In this document: positions 37,511 through 52,600 of the stretch, piece by piece | How the letters are laid out: the number at the start of each line of letters is the position of its first letter | Position numbering within the stretch: position 1 is the stretch's first letter | Assembly (NCBI GenBank): GCA_040954595.2 | Contig: CM082585.2 | Span: forward strand, 76,814-140,813 | From: Balanoglossus misakiensis | Lineage: Eukaryota > Animalia > Hemichordata | Direction of reading: 5' to 3' | DNA: 64,000 nucleotides | Program-made: the position numbers and the translations under genes | Notes under the pieces: model-generated | Seen by the model: the letters and a program-made list of their open reading frames with translations, nothing else | Told to the model about the DNA's origin: nothing | The model's database searches: none

Positions 37511-37970
37511 TGTTACTCGTTCAAAAATCACCTGTCACATCACTCCAATTTTGTATCAGTTGCACTGGCTACCTGTTACAGAGCGTATTGTTTTTAAGAT
37601 GTTAGTTCTCATTTTTAAATCCATTCATAAAGTTGGTCCAATCTATCTTTCTAGCATGACTAATCTATATGTTCCGTGTCGCAATTTAAGGTCAGCTGAT
37701 CAGTTCAAACTCTGCCCTGTTCGATCACGCACCAACAGTTATGGTGATCGTGCTTTTACTGTTGCTGCTCCAATTCTTTGGAATAATCTTCCACTCACCA
37801 TTCGCCAGGCACCAGACTTATCTGTTTTTAAATCAAATGTTAAAACTTTACTTTTTAAATCTGTTTTTTAGCCATTTGTTGTATTGTACTTTTGCTTTAA
37901 GCATCATTGATCACATTTTTTGTGGATACTGACGCTATACAAATAAATTATTATTATTATTATTATTATT
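37511..37970 (+). mobile_element. L2/CR1-group LINE 3' end, copy 2
   Basis: ORF 37551-37871 plus (ATT)n tail. Confidence 0.9.
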
Positions 37971-40900
37971 TCTATTTTTGTGTTTGTACAACATCAGTGA
38001 AGTTTAAATCATAATAAAAAAAAATGATAATTATCATTATTAACTGCTATAGATTCAAACTTACTTGTCTCACACCTGGTTCCCTAGTAACACTCTGTGC
38101 ACATGCCAATGGTGGCAGTACAAGAATTTGCCTGTTGTTGGCAGGTACCTCCATTGAGACAAGGACTAGTGAAGCATGGATTAGGAACTGGAAGACAGGA
38201 ATTCAAAATTTTATACAACACTTACCTATGGTAACACCAGTACACGTTCATTATTTCTCTGTTATGTTTTTATACTGGTGATTTTACTGTTTTTATTACC
38301 GATCATATGACTGACTTAAAGATGATGATGATGATGATAATGACTACACCTGCTATTATTACTACAATGTACCTCAGCACTTAGATTTTTTAATAAATGA
38401 CAAAGTACTGTACTCACGTGTTTCACATGTGAAGCCCATGTAGCAGCCAGCACATTGACATGTGACGCCTGTACAAGATCCCTGGATTGCTTGGCAAGTA
38501 CCAGCATTCCGGCATGGGTTAAGGTTTGTGTTCGCACGGATTCATTGCTGCAAATGTACACAATATTTACAAAATAAAACAGTATACAACTGTAAGTATT
38601 TATAATAATCAATTGTGAATATCACACCAATCAAGGCCTTTCAATGCACCCTGATTGCTGAGAGCTGAAATACGTGAACCAACGTGTATTTGTTTTCACT
38701 ACTATATCACATGACATTCTGCATCTCTTTTCCATAGTTGTAGTCTGCACCCAACATTGTATTCCGGGGTAGCACTACACGGAACCCCGAAACTTTTTCG
38801 TCATCATCCGAGTACTTTTCCCAGCATGCAGTTGCCAAGATGGCTGCACAGGGAGTTTTTAATTTTGCACTGGTATACAATTTTTTTTATTCGTCAATTT
38901 CACAGACACGTGCATTGCACATCAAAATTTTGCGTCAGAAGTGAGGACAACTTAACTAGGTACCAATGCAATGTGGTTTTAGGCGGATTTGAACTTTTCC
39001 TTTAATGTAACAGTTGTATTGACATGCGATTATCAAACTGAACATGAATCAATCTCAAAATTGCTAAAAATAAAATAATTCAGAACATTTACATTCTACA
39101 ATGGTGAAAAAATATGACAAACCTCCCTAAATTCTTATTTTTGAGGCCATTTTACAAAAATCTACGAGCCTGGCAAAATCTGAAAGAGGTGCTAGATAAA
39201 GGGCGCTTTTTCAAAACTCTAGATGGTTGACCCCCAATTTTTATTCCATAGATTAAATGTTTAGAAGTCATAGTATCATCAGTATTAATTTAAACATGAT
39301 CAGACGACCCTTTATTTCGAGGTGCGCAACACCTTAAATATGTTTTTACGACTAAGACGACTACAAACCTGGTAGAAGGGGAGTACATGTTGTTGATGGT
39401 CCCAGAGAGTAGGTTCTTGATGTGCAGGCAAGTGGGTGATGTTGCTGCACACTGACAGCCTGGATCGCAAGGGGTACAGGATACTTCTGTGGCTGTGTCA
39501 GCATAATAACTTGATGGACAAGGAATGGGGCTGTCTGACCCATCTGGACAGTAGTTACCTACGCCGCAATCAGCACATGTCATGTCTGTAGAATAACAGC
39601 AGCTTGTGTAGTGAGTGTTTTGCCGATATGACAGAGTTCAAGTATGCTTATTTGGTTAAATTTTAAAAGGAATATCACCCGCTGTTTTAGAGTTAATATT
39701 GCGAAAGGGACTTCATAAGTTGTCTGAAAAACACCAGTTTCCCCAATTTTCACTAATGTATAGGAATAAATGAGAAGTCGGCCAGATTAGAAGTCGGCCA
39801 GTACGAGAAGTCGGCCAGTTGTTGAACTTGTACCCGAATAGTGCAGTGATGACCCAGATTACTTATAACAACACTTAATAAAATATAATTGCACTAAATA
39901 TTTTCATTTGGACGGATTTCCCAAATTCTTGACAACACAATGGGGTCATTTCAAATAATGGCGTCTGGCATCCGTACCGTTTCCCCAGCCCCGTATCCGC
40001 GTAAGGAGCTTAGGTTGTTCGCCAAATTCCTGTGACATTTCTGATTAAAGGGACAAAGTCTCTCTCTCGCAAACCTTTTTCCATTAATTATGTTTGATAC
40101 AAGACACCGTTCACATTATTCATGTGGATATATTGAGAATCCACATTCAACTACAGACAAATTCCATCCCGTTTGTAGGATATGAGTGTAAAAATCCCGC
40201 CAAAATGAATAAATGGTAAACACCGATTATTCATTTTGGCAAGTTTTTCACTCTTGTGTCTACAAGTTGGATTGAAGTTGTGTGTGGTTGAACGTTGATT
40301 CACTATATATCCACATTTAGAATAAATAAATGGTGTCTTGTATCAAATATTATTAATGGAAAAAGGGCAGCGAGAGAGAGACTTTGTCCCTTTACAGGGA
40401 GTTGTTTCAAAGCCTACTAAAATACATAGAAGATGTATGTGTATATGCATACTTTGAGACAACACCAAACAAACAAACGTGACGAGGAACTGACTACTGG
40501 CGCAGCGCAAGAAGTGCAGGTGACTGATGTTGACGTACCCCGGTGACGTACATGCAAAGTGAACAGACAGTTTTAAAATTCATCGGCTATTTGTACAAAT
40601 ATCTCAGCTCCTGTACATCAAGGAAACATTTCGTAGTGAAACAGTTATATATAACACAAAGTACCAGGGTTCTCTCCCAAAGGCCGACTTCTCGTACTGG
40701 CCGATACCGACTTCTCATACTGGTCGACTTCTCAGGACACCATGTATAGCATAGCTGTTGAACTCAAAAAATATGTAAAACTACAAGTGATGTAAACAAC
40801 TTGTGGAACCATGTTCAAATCGAGACCAGAAGAAAAGAGATTTCAAGACTTACCTCCTTCAACACTTTACTGCCCTGTAGCACACTGTGTGACACTTGTA

Positions 40901-41620
40901 GTTGTGCATTCATAACCAGAAGGACGTGGCCGAACCTAGCGAGTATGAACCTATCACAGAAAAAATTCAAAGAACGATTGGTTTGGTCCAACGATCCCTT
41001 ATTAGAGAGATGTCCGTAATCACAGGTGTTACTGTACAATACCTCTTCAGTGGAATCATTGTGTTTTTCAAAGTGCATCACAATATCAACTCCAATGAGC
41101 ATAACAGTTTAATTTTCTGTGTATGTCATGCTATAACACAGGGAAGTCACAAGAGTGATTTGCAGCCCAACTTACCAGTAACTGTTGAACAATCCACTAC
41201 GGGTGACATGGTTGTACACTTGGATCCTGCTGGACAAGGCGTGCATGTGCCGCCGCCTTCCATAGCATATTCACCATTGCCACAGTCAAGCGGATCTTAC
41301 ATTGGATCTGAACACGATTGTCCAGCAGGGCACAGAAGATGGGATGTGCGTGCAGGCTCCTCACTTATTTCATCTGATCAAAGAAAATGAGGTTTTTAGT
41401 GAAGTATTTGTGATACAGTGTCATTTAAAATAACACATTACTTGAGATGATTCACTTCATAATTCTGAGACAAGTATACAGGCATGTAGAAAATTCTTTG
41501 GAGGACATTAAACGTCATTTCTAATCAACCATTTTCTGAATATCATAAGACTCTGCGAGATCTCACATGGCTAACCGGGTCTCGCAAGATCTCGCACTGA
41601 GTTGATAATCTGTTGTAAAC

Positions 41621-41655
<35 letters not shown>

Positions 41656-43882
41656 CATAACCCCAGACGCACTGACTTGAAAATCTGTTGTAAACACATA
41701 CATGCATACAGACATACCCCTCAGTTTCATCACACAGCAAACTGAACAAGTACCACAATCTTACCATTTGTACATCTGGTACAGTTTGTTGCAGTAGCCA
41801 ATGACACGTAACCCTTGGTACACTTGAATTGCGATGCACTGGGATCTGTGCAGGCGTACCCTTGCTCACAAATAGTACACTGTTCAGCACCGGCTGATCT
41901 GTAAATCAAACAGAGAATTAACACACCAAGTTAACCTTTAAATACCACTGTAAAAATTTGGCGCAAATTTTAATTATTTTCATAAATAGAGGTCTATTCA
42001 AATTTGGAAAAATTGTCATTTTTTCATTCATATATTATATCAGTACATTTTAAATACAGAAATGGAAAATGTTCCCATCCTATTTTTCAGTTAGTAAATT
42101 ACCTGACCTAATGTTTGATGTTGGAAATAAAGGTGGGTGGATAGAAGTTTACCTGTTATGCAAGAGGTACAGCGAGACATCCTTTGTCCAAGGCCGAACT
42201 GTAATAACCAGCCGAGCATAAAATCACAGTGTTACCATTTGGACATTGGTTACCAGCTGGGCAATCAGCACATGATGTTTGTGCTGAAAATAAACAGAGA
42301 TTTATAGAATCTTATAGTCACAGTCATACCTTCAAAGACGTGGGATTCTCACGCGGGTTGGGGAGACAAAAATCCCTGGCAAAAGATTGAGGACAGGAAA
42401 ATGCCAAACCAGAGATATTGGTAACAGAAACTGTATACAGTCAATGCCATATGGCAGTGTGCTGTTCTAACAACAGACAAGATCGTGACGATCATAGTCT
42501 GTGTCGGAGATTTGGAAAAGAGCAAATTCGGTGAAAAGACGGGACAAAACAAAAGTCTACTCATACGATGCACATGAAAACTGGATTAAAGCGAAGCCGT
42601 CCACTATTTGAATGCATTGGATGTAAAATTGGCAGAATATTTGGACTGGACGTAATGTTTGTACGCACAGAATTACGCACATGCACATAAGATGATCGTC
42701 CACCTTAAGTGAAAGATTACACAGTAATGCCCAAACTTTAAGTGCTGACTCACCCTCTATATTAGTGTAGCATCCATCTTCACACACCTCTGGCTCCGAC
42801 ATACCATCATATTGGCACTTATACCCGGGGCAGGACAAGGCGTACAGTCTATACTTCCATTGTTGGCAAAATATCCCTGTCCACATTGTGTTGGTGATGA
42901 GAGGCTGGCTGTTCCACACATGAAACCCTTGGACACAGAGTGCATGCTTCAGAACATGCTGAACTATAACTTCCAGCTGCGCAGTCCTGTAAGAGTGAAG
43001 ACGTCAAATATTAGGGAGGTTTAGGAGCCCTCTAGCCAGCAAACTTCATCAAGGATGTATGCGCAGAACATAAACTAGAAACACTGCGCGCCCGGTCTTT
43101 TTCCCATAGGATTACATTGATAATCGCCAGAAAACAAACTTCTACTATTGTCATTTTCTCGAAATTTTACACATAGCTCAGTCCAGCAAATATAAATTCA
43201 TTGGTCAAATAAAATATAGGGGTCACTGCGCTCTTTTTTGAGATAAATTGCATTAAGAATTTTGGCCATAGACAAACAAACCATTGGTGAAAAATGCTGA
43301 GTCAGCAAATTTCTTCTATTATCGACCAAATTCATGGCTCTGTATTTCAAAAACAAGCCCGGTGACCCCTATATTTTATTACGGATTTTCATTATACATA
43401 CAAAGGAGAATAAAAAAATCCACAATTAAAAAAAATGACAATACTTTCAATTTTACTGAACGTACATCCTTAATGTTACTTATGTAGTGGAGCACCAAAA
43501 CCCAAATTTTCATATCGATTGTGTATTTTGTGATAAAAGCACCAAACTTGGCTCAGATGTGTGTTAATGTGTACTGAACAAATTCAGATAGCGAGTCACT
43601 AAATATCTGTTGAAGAGTTTCCATGGCAACCAATATTTTTCAAAATGGCCACCAATACAGATAATCACACCTGTTAAACACCAAAATAAATTCAGATTAC
43701 AATATTTGAAACAAGAAACTACGGAAAGAATGGTTTGCAATAGAACTATGGTTATTAAACTACAAATGTACTTATAAGGGTAACTAAGGGATCAAAACAC
43801 AGGTGCAACTTTCAATCCCTGGTTCTCGCATTAGTATAGGTGCTCCTCCCAGTCAAACATTATGGCTAGTTGCGATATTTAA

Positions 43883-44702
43883 CTGGAAAGGGCAGTTCAC
43901 GAAATAAAAACCTGGATGACACATAATAAACTTCAACTCAATGGTGGCAAAACCGAGGTACTCCTGATAAGGTCTCAGTTCAACCGCTCGAATCGTACCA
44001 TAAAGCACATGAGCATTGGATCATGTTGTGTTCAAATTGTGAATTCTGCATGGAATATAGGTGTGACATTCGACGAAAATTACACTTTCAATAAGCACAT
44101 TAATGCAATTTGCAAGTCAATTTTCTTCCATCTGCGTCAAATCAGCCACATTCGCCGTTACCTCACTAAGGAAGTTTGCCAGATGCTGGTTCATGCTCTA
44201 ATCACATCAAAACTGGACTACTGTAATGCACTACTCTGTGGTTTACCATCATCATGCATGCTACAGCATGCCCTGAATTCTGCAGCCAGGATCGTTTCTC
44301 ATACCCGTAAAACGGATCATATTACTCGTGTTCTCATGGATTTACATTGGTTGCCTGTACACTATAGAATCCAATACAAGATCTTGCTTATGACATATAA
44401 GGCATTAAACAACACAGCACCAGCTTACATCTCTGACTTAATCCATCTGAAAACTTCAACAAGACTTCTTCGTTCAAATGACAAATTTCTACTTCATGTA
44501 CCGTATATCGCCCCACTCATTTGGAAGAGTGTCCCAATAGAAGTATGCCAGTCACCTAGCCTTGACAGTTTCAAGAAACACATCAAGACTTATCTGTTTA
44601 ACAGAGCCTATTAACATAACTTTACATTGTAAAGCGCTATTGAACACTATTGCAGTGGAGTTTGGTGCTCTATAAGTCCTTTTGATTGATTGATTGATTG
44701 AT
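43883..44702 (+). mobile_element. L2/CR1-group LINE fragment with (GATT)n tail, copy 2
   Basis: ORF 43916-44614, near-identical to 23043-23741. Confidence 0.92.
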
Positions 44703-47700
44703 GAACAGTTTACCACCTTAGCTAAACACATAAACACATCACCGATACGTCCGAATAGCGCGTGTATGAGGGCTTGGCTAACTTGTGACCTCAGTAACGA
44801 TCATGTGAAAATGTCCATTTTGTTTGGTCAGGCATTGATTCTTGTCGGCAAAAACTGCCATAGGAAATTATAAACTTAAGTCAAATTGCTGAAACAATCA
44901 ATAATAGTCCATGTGTCTTGATACTTCAGTTCATGCATCGGTTCGACTCTGTCTGTAGTCGGCTACCCAAATTTATTGGGAAGTTCGGACTTTTACACAT
45001 TAATACGTGTGGTTTTCGATCATATCCTACCGGTCTTATTGGTTGACATTAATTTGGCAGTGTGCTATAAGCATATTACATCCTACATCAAACCAAAATA
45101 AAGCTTGTGATACTTTGATTTGTTTTTGTTTAGTTTTAGTCGCTAGTGAAATTCAAGCTCAGTAATAACTTTACAACTAACTTATTAGGGGCCCAAGCCC
45201 CTATGGGCGGGGCCCCTATTGGTATTACTCGCGTTTTAGGGGCCCAAGCCCCTATGGGCGGGGCCCCTATTGTTATTACTGGGGTTTTTAGGGGCCCAAG
45301 CCCCTATGGACCCTATTGGTATTGCTGGCATTTTTTTTCTTCTTTGGCACTTTCATCGGCCACTAGGATCTTGAAAACGGCTAAACCTATAATTCTCAAA
45401 TTTGGCACAATGATGCAGGCCAATGAGATCTGGTGCAGTACGTCCGTGAATGTTAAATTAGTCAAGTGACCTGATGACCATATAAGGGCGAAATTTTCAA
45501 ATTAGGGTATGCCGATTTTGAGAAGAAGATTTTTGATCATTATATTTCATATTTTTTCATTGACCATGGGGGGTCTGGACCAAGGCATAGGCTTTACTAT
45601 ACCTGCATAGTAAAGCTATGACAACATCGTATTTAAATAATAACACATGTTAGCGAGGGCAATATCATGATCTTTTGCCTGCACAAGGGATGGTGATCTT
45701 TGACCTTAATAATATTCATGATGTCCGAGCCGCAGGGAAGGGCATCATCAATATGTTTCGATGTGTGACGTTACCAGCACATTCCAGAAGACAGCATGGC
45801 ATCGTCTGTACAAGTTGAGTGAAATACTTAGAAAGATATCGCCACATACAGTGACCGATCTGCCTGGGCTGCGTTCATGTTTTTCTCTTGAAATCATGGA
45901 CAGTGTTATACACCTCTGTATCAATGCTGTTTTAGTGACGTTTTCACACCCGTTCTTTTTGTTTTGAGTGAATAGGATAGTCAACTAACTACTGCTGGAC
46001 AATGGGTGTGAGTTTCATGGCTCTCACATGATGGGGTAATCTGGGGTAACATTTTGAAAATACCATGTCATTTTCAGAACGCAGTTAAGGTGTATGTACA
46101 CGTGAACAGTGATACATGTACATGTGTAGGCCGGAAATTTAAATCGGGTATACACGTCTGCATCTAACACTCAAACTGCAATATTGCCAAACGTGTGTAT
46201 TATACACGATATACTACATGTAGTAATTCTATTAGATTTAGTCTGCATTGGTCAATATAATATACGGAAACTAAATATGTCGATCGGATTTGATCTTTCA
46301 CAGGTCCAGCTGTGGTTGCGCAGAACACGTCTCCATTTATGGTGTGAACAGGGACTGCTGTACGCATGTGCACATCTGAGTTCAAGAGGTTACACGTACT
46401 GCGGTTGCGCAGAACACGTCTCCATTTATGGAGTGAACAGGGACTGACCAAGGGGCCGAAATGAGAAGCCAAATTTCGGGTGACCCCTTGACCTTTGACC
46501 CACCTTGAAAAACACATATCTATTTCTACGCTAACTAATACACCTAGGGAGCTGATTTTTGGTGGACAGGTACAACTATTGGACCAAATCATTTCGCCGC
46601 AATGTCACGTGACCTTGGTGACCTTTGAACTATATATAACATAAATGCTCATAAGTACGTAACTATTAGACCGACAGACTTCATATTTGGTGGGATGAAG
46701 CATACACATGTACTTGTTACCCCTTGACCTTTGACCTAATTAATTATGTGCATACCTAATTCTAGGCTTACCAATAGGGCTAGAGGTTTTGTTTCTGTTG
46801 GACATGGACAAGTGTGGGGTCCAATTTTTTCCATAAAATTTTGGGTGACCTCAGGTGATCTACTTTCTCATATCTCGGCCTCCAGAGCAGGTACAGCCTT
46901 AGCATTTCGAGGGATGGGACTAAAATGAAAAGCCGAATTTTGAGGTCACCTGTACAACTGCTTAAAATCATTAATTATGTGCATACCTAATTCCAGGCGA
47001 ACCAATAGGGCTGAAGGTTTGGTTTCTGATGGACCTGGACCAGTATGGGGTCAAACAATTTTGCCCAAATTTCGAGTGACCTCAGATGACCATTTTGGCT
47101 TGCAGCTATATTTTAACCCTAATGCTACTAGGTGTCATACCTGTTTAGAGTGTCAAATCCCTTAAAATATGTATTTGCCATTTTTTCTTCCTAAACGTAT
47201 TTTGACTGTCTTGCCATGGCTCTCATATGTTAGAAACACTTGGCAGTCTAAGCCCCCCTTAAATGTACTAAATCGTACTGGTTTGCTCTGGTTTGGTTTG
47301 AACGTCTTGTATAGGCCCTACTGCGTAACACGCCCTTGGCAGCCTAACAGGCCTGGGAGCCAGGATTCTAGGCACCCTGGATATCAAACTGACTCGGCAG
47401 CGTTAGGGTTAAAACTATGTATAATCACATACTAGATGTTTGAAAAATGGCAATGTCTTCTCTAAATGTTATCCATCCAAAGGGATCTGACAAGGGTGTC
47501 CCCTGTCAGCACTTCATTTTTTGTTTGTCATAGCAATTTTCGCGACTGCTATATTAGATTTAGAGTTGACTAAAAGATAAATGGTGTCTACGATTCCAAA
47601 CACATAAAAATTACACCAGTTGTGGACGACACAACATTATTTTATTTGATGAGAGTAGTGTTCATCATGCTATAAATATTGTCAATAAATTTGTTAGTTT

Positions 47701-48480
47701 TAGAAACCCAACTAAATACACGAAAAGTTGGGCTTTAGATTGGTTAACTGAAAATCAGGCCGATTGCAATTTTTCGGGATTACTTGGCCCGATGCTCCCA
47801 ACAAGTCACTTAGAATGTACTTTCATTCTAATATTGTCATTTATTAGCATGGAGTAATCTTACTTTTTACCATAAGGGTGGAACCATGATTCATTCTCAA
47901 GAGGGGTCTGGTACCAATACTCATAATGGCCTTCGATACCGGCAGGCATGTATAGCCTATGGCTACGCCCAGCATGAGGTGGTGATTCATACTGTTGGTT
48001 GTATGGACTAGCTGGGTTTGGTGACAGCGACACAAATTTTCATGCAGATCTTGATTACACTTGTAGAGAAAAACAAAAAAATCTACACATTGAAAGAAAT
48101 GGTGATACTTTGAACTGTATAAATTATTAACCCAAGACAATAAATCAAAACTTACTTTGTTCACAAAGGTCACCAGTGAAAACAATTCTGACAGAAACAT
48201 GTGTACAGTTGACATGATCCAGATGTCATCTGGCAGAAACCACTGTTCAAGCACGGATTGGGATCGCATTGGTTGATTCCTGGTTTTCAATACAAAAGAA
48301 AGTTGGGACGATGAGCAATTGGGCAGAGACTGATCATCAAAAATTTGAGACAGGGAATTCCAACAAATGAGATCATTAAGTTATATATGCAAAGCAAATC
48401 AGAAAAGAGAATCAGAAGATTTTCTCTGAAGGACACCTTGCAAATTCATGATTGGAAAGACACTGCAGTCACATGTATAT

Positions 48481-49637
48481 TGTAGTGTCCAAACACTGGT
48501 GAGCATCTATACTTTATACATTCAGTAAAATGACGTAATGCAACATTCGGGTCATTATGAATAAAGTGCGTGAACGAGGCTAAGCACTCTCACTCTTACA
48601 TGCCGGACTTGGTGTCTCGTGTTGTCATTATTGCCCACCCACGATTCTATATTTGGCGACGAGGACGGAGAACATGGAGAATCAGCTAGCCGTCAATGCC
48701 GAGTTTTCCTATTCATTCAGATCCGACAACCACCAGTACGAGATGGAAAAAGTACATGGCTAGAGTAGAAAACGCATTTGTCGCATTCAACATTACAGAT
48801 GACAAGCGACAACGTGCACTGCTATTGCACTGGGCAGGTGAGGAAGTTTCCGACTTCTTTGATACTCTACCAGATACAGGAACGAGCTGTGAAACAGCCA
48901 AATTAAAGCTTACGTCGTACTTCTCACCCAAACGGAACATTGAATACGAACAATTCATCTTCAGAGACACCATACAAAACAACGGCGAATCGATTGATGC
49001 CTATCACACTTGTTTGCAACGCCTAGCAGAAACATATGTGACTTCACCAATAAGGATCAAGAGGTCAAATCACAAATCATACGAGGATTCACATCAGCCC
49101 GTCTCAGACGTCGTGCTCTTCGGGAGTACAGCCCGTTCATTTGAGGTATCAGAGGTTCAGGCTAGTGGGATTGAGGAGAAAACCCAAAATATGGTGTAGA
49201 TACGGCATCTGTGAATGCGGTCAGAAAACAGCGCCATCAACGCCCGAAACCAAATAAACAAAAGAGAGCTCATCAGCAGCCAGCGAAAGGACCGTCCACT
49301 TGTTATTATTGTGGTGGCACCTATCCACATGACTCAGTATGTCCAGCTAAAGGCAAGTCATGCAGGAAGTGTGGCAAACATAACCATTTTGCCAAATGCT
49401 GCCGATCAAAAGGCAAGGCAAATAGGGTAGACAAGGATGAAACTGTCAAAGCTGTGCATAAAGTGGAAGACAGCTCGGGAGATGAATACTGCTTCACTGT
49501 ACAACAATCAAATGGCAGGAGGCCTCGAGTAACAGTGCAGATAGAACAAACAGCAGTTGCCTCACTGATCGACCCTGGTTCTACAATAAACATGATGAGT
49601 GTAAACACATACAACAACCTAAAGAACAAACCCAGGT
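48481..49637 (+). mobile_element. Gypsy/Mag LTR-gag-protease fragment, copy 3
   Basis: ORFs 48696-49199 and 49211-49747, with extra deletions. Confidence 0.85.
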
Positions 49638-52600
49638 GGCAAACAGAAAGCCCGTTTTACCACTGCCAGCAGTGCATTATTGAGTATTTTAGCATCGCTG
49701 AATTGAACTCTCGTCCAATCAGAATTGTGGACTGTAGCATGATATAATATAATTGAGAATAAATCTCACGACAAGTGTACAGTTTGACAATGTACACAGA
49801 TAATCCGTTTCAACAATGTTTCCTTTGTAGTGTGAATAAAACTGCACACTTTGCAAGTTTTCAACTTCAAAACACTATGGCTATTACAGAGACAAAGCTG
49901 CTAATATACAGTGTATACCTGTCATTTTTGTTTGTGGTGAGATTTTCATTGGCACAGTCGCACAGAGCTCACACAAGAGGAAATTACACTTTCTGTTGAA
50001 TTTACTGCATCCTGCTAACTTTAAGTCATATATCCACTGAAACATTAAGTTATAGAATTTTCCATCGCAGTATTCTGTTTTATATACATGTATAGCAGTC
50101 CCACACATATTGATTAATTTGACAAAAGAAACTGACTGACAATTTTCACAGCGCTCCCCAGTATAGCATCCTTGGCAGGTGCACGTCAATGCCACACACG
50201 AGGTTAGGGTTGGCAAGTGCTGCCATTTTGACATGGGTTGTTAGCACTGATCAATTCCTACGCATGACAGAAAAATGAAGAATTAGGCTATGGGCCGGAC
50301 CTGCCTATCGTTTCAAAATGCACTCTGTATATTAGGGTCTATTTCTTTTACATAAAAAACAAGTCTTCTTGCTCTAATATGATAAAAGAAAAAAACTTCA
50401 ACTTAAATATTGCGTCCTCAGAGGTAATATCGAGTCCTAAAATCAGGTATGCTAATGCGGTTAAAGGTCGTGCAGTTCTCCTTATAACAAGCGATCTGAT
50501 TGGTGGTTACGTGACTGCACCAATCACAGAATGTGTTATGTCTCTCAGCAATTACACACACAGGGCAAACTATCAGGCAGCTACATGTATACTAGTATAC
50601 ATGTTTCAGAAGATTAAACAGAATTTTTGGAAAGGAAAGTTTGAGCAGACTAGTCCATTCAATGTAAAAAATGGTGCTGATTCCAAAAAAGTCAGTCTTA
50701 TTGACCCCTTTCAAGACAAAATTGCCATTTTTGCCACTTTTAACCCAAAAGGTCATTTAAAAAAAACACTCAAAACACACTGTTTTCATCACATTCGGAG
50801 ATCTGATGACATTTGAGGATTATGCGGAAACAGTGACACCCCAGAATAAAAATTACAGGTGACATTTGCAAGCAGATATGATCTGACCATATAGAAATAT
50901 GGAATGTAAAAACATTAACAAGGAACATGCCCAATAAACTGTCATGTGTCATGGCAGTCTTACAAGTGGTGCTAGAAAAAAAAAATTGACCAAAAATTGT
51001 CGGTACAAACACATATGCGAAGCAACTTCTTTCAGTCAGCTCTGGAACAGACACACACTGACCTGCCACTGGGAATTAAAATTTGATAGCTGGTGGTCTC
51101 TGTAACAGCTGGCCTATTTAAGTTATGTAAACATGTCTTTGTTCGAGGTAACAACTCCTTGTAAATAGTAACTTTAAAAACAACTGGACAATTTGTTTAG
51201 GAGAAGATTTGCTAACCAAAAACAAAGAAACTTACCAAAAAAACTCGCTAAATATTTAATCTTTGTGATCTCAGAATTGAATAAAAGTTGCACATATACA
51301 GGTATGTGTTATGAAATTATATCCTAAATTTCAAAGCAATCAGAGAAAAATCTAATTTCAAAGCAATCCAACAAGCAGTTTCACAGAAAATATTTGTTCA
51401 AAAATGGCAAAAACCAAATATGCAAATATCACCAAAATTGTACAATATCTTACTTCAATCACTACAAGGAACATGCTGCCTAAGTTCAATGCAATAGGAC
51501 AAGCTGTTTCAGAGAAAACAATTTTTGACAAAAATTGCAAAAGTTTCCCCGATAACACATTTATGCAAATATCACATTTTTTTACAACATATTATTTAGG
51601 TTACCCCTACGAACATGCCTACCAAATTGCAAAGCAATCTGGCATGAGGTTTTAAAGAAAAAAATGTTTTGACCAAAAATGGCAAATATTGCTCAACATT
51701 ATAGATATGCACATTTTGCAACAATTTGAACAAAACTATGGTTACTTAGACAACCATTAGGAAGCTTCATACTAAATTTCAAAGACTTTTTACCAATAAC
51801 ATGGAAAAATACAAAAAAATGCATAAAAAAAAGGAAATCGATAATATTAGCTCAAAACATACAGGATTGTATGAGGTTGATATAAGGTACATGCATACCA
51901 ATTTTCAAATCAATATGTCCAGTGGTTGTCCAGTTTTTGAGTTTTGACCAATTTCACATTTTCCCAGCTAATTTGCATATTTTTGGCAATGACATCTTCA
52001 TTTGAACAAACTCCCATCTACAGCCCTGCCTGCATCTACACACCAAATATCGAGGTCATACGCGCTGCGGTTTTCAAAATTTTGATGTGGACGGACATAC
52101 AGACATCCATCCATCCATCCATACATACATACAGACGTAACCAATCCCATAAGGTCCCATGGTACATACCAATGGGACCTAAAAACTTGTGACTTACATG
52201 TAACACATGTTTGCCCAGTGTAGCAGGTTGGACAGTTGCAGGTGTAGATTGAGCAGGAGCCTTGAAGTGGCTGATACACTCTGTTATTCAGACATTGGTT
52301 TAGAAGACACTGGATGATTGCTAAGGTTGAGAGAAATGAAAAGTATCACATTAGGGTCTTACACACTTGAGTGGGAAGTGAAATCTGTAGCAGACTGTCA
52401 GAAGATTGCACATCCATGTGATCATGTTCATGTGTGACGGATAATGAAGACCACTTGATCCAAGCTTGGTGCTACCATCTTTATCATAATTACAGCATCT
52501 TATAATATTTACTAGTTGGGGGTGGGGGTAGTTGATGTCATAACTTTCTGATGTTTCAATTTACGGTTGGAAAAATAGCAACATCTACACTGATGAGCAT

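Larger units (their letters stand above)
28633..42986 (-). pseudogene. GCC2/GCC3 + EGF multi-exon pseudogene, copy 2
   Basis: Same 17 exons at offset ~+20815 to +20875, same shared lesions. Confidence 0.88.
23931..44803 (+). repeat. Tandem segmental duplication, copy 2 (includes private 1.4-kb insertion)
   Basis: Collinear with copy 1 except for the two private insertions and small indels. Confidence 0.97.
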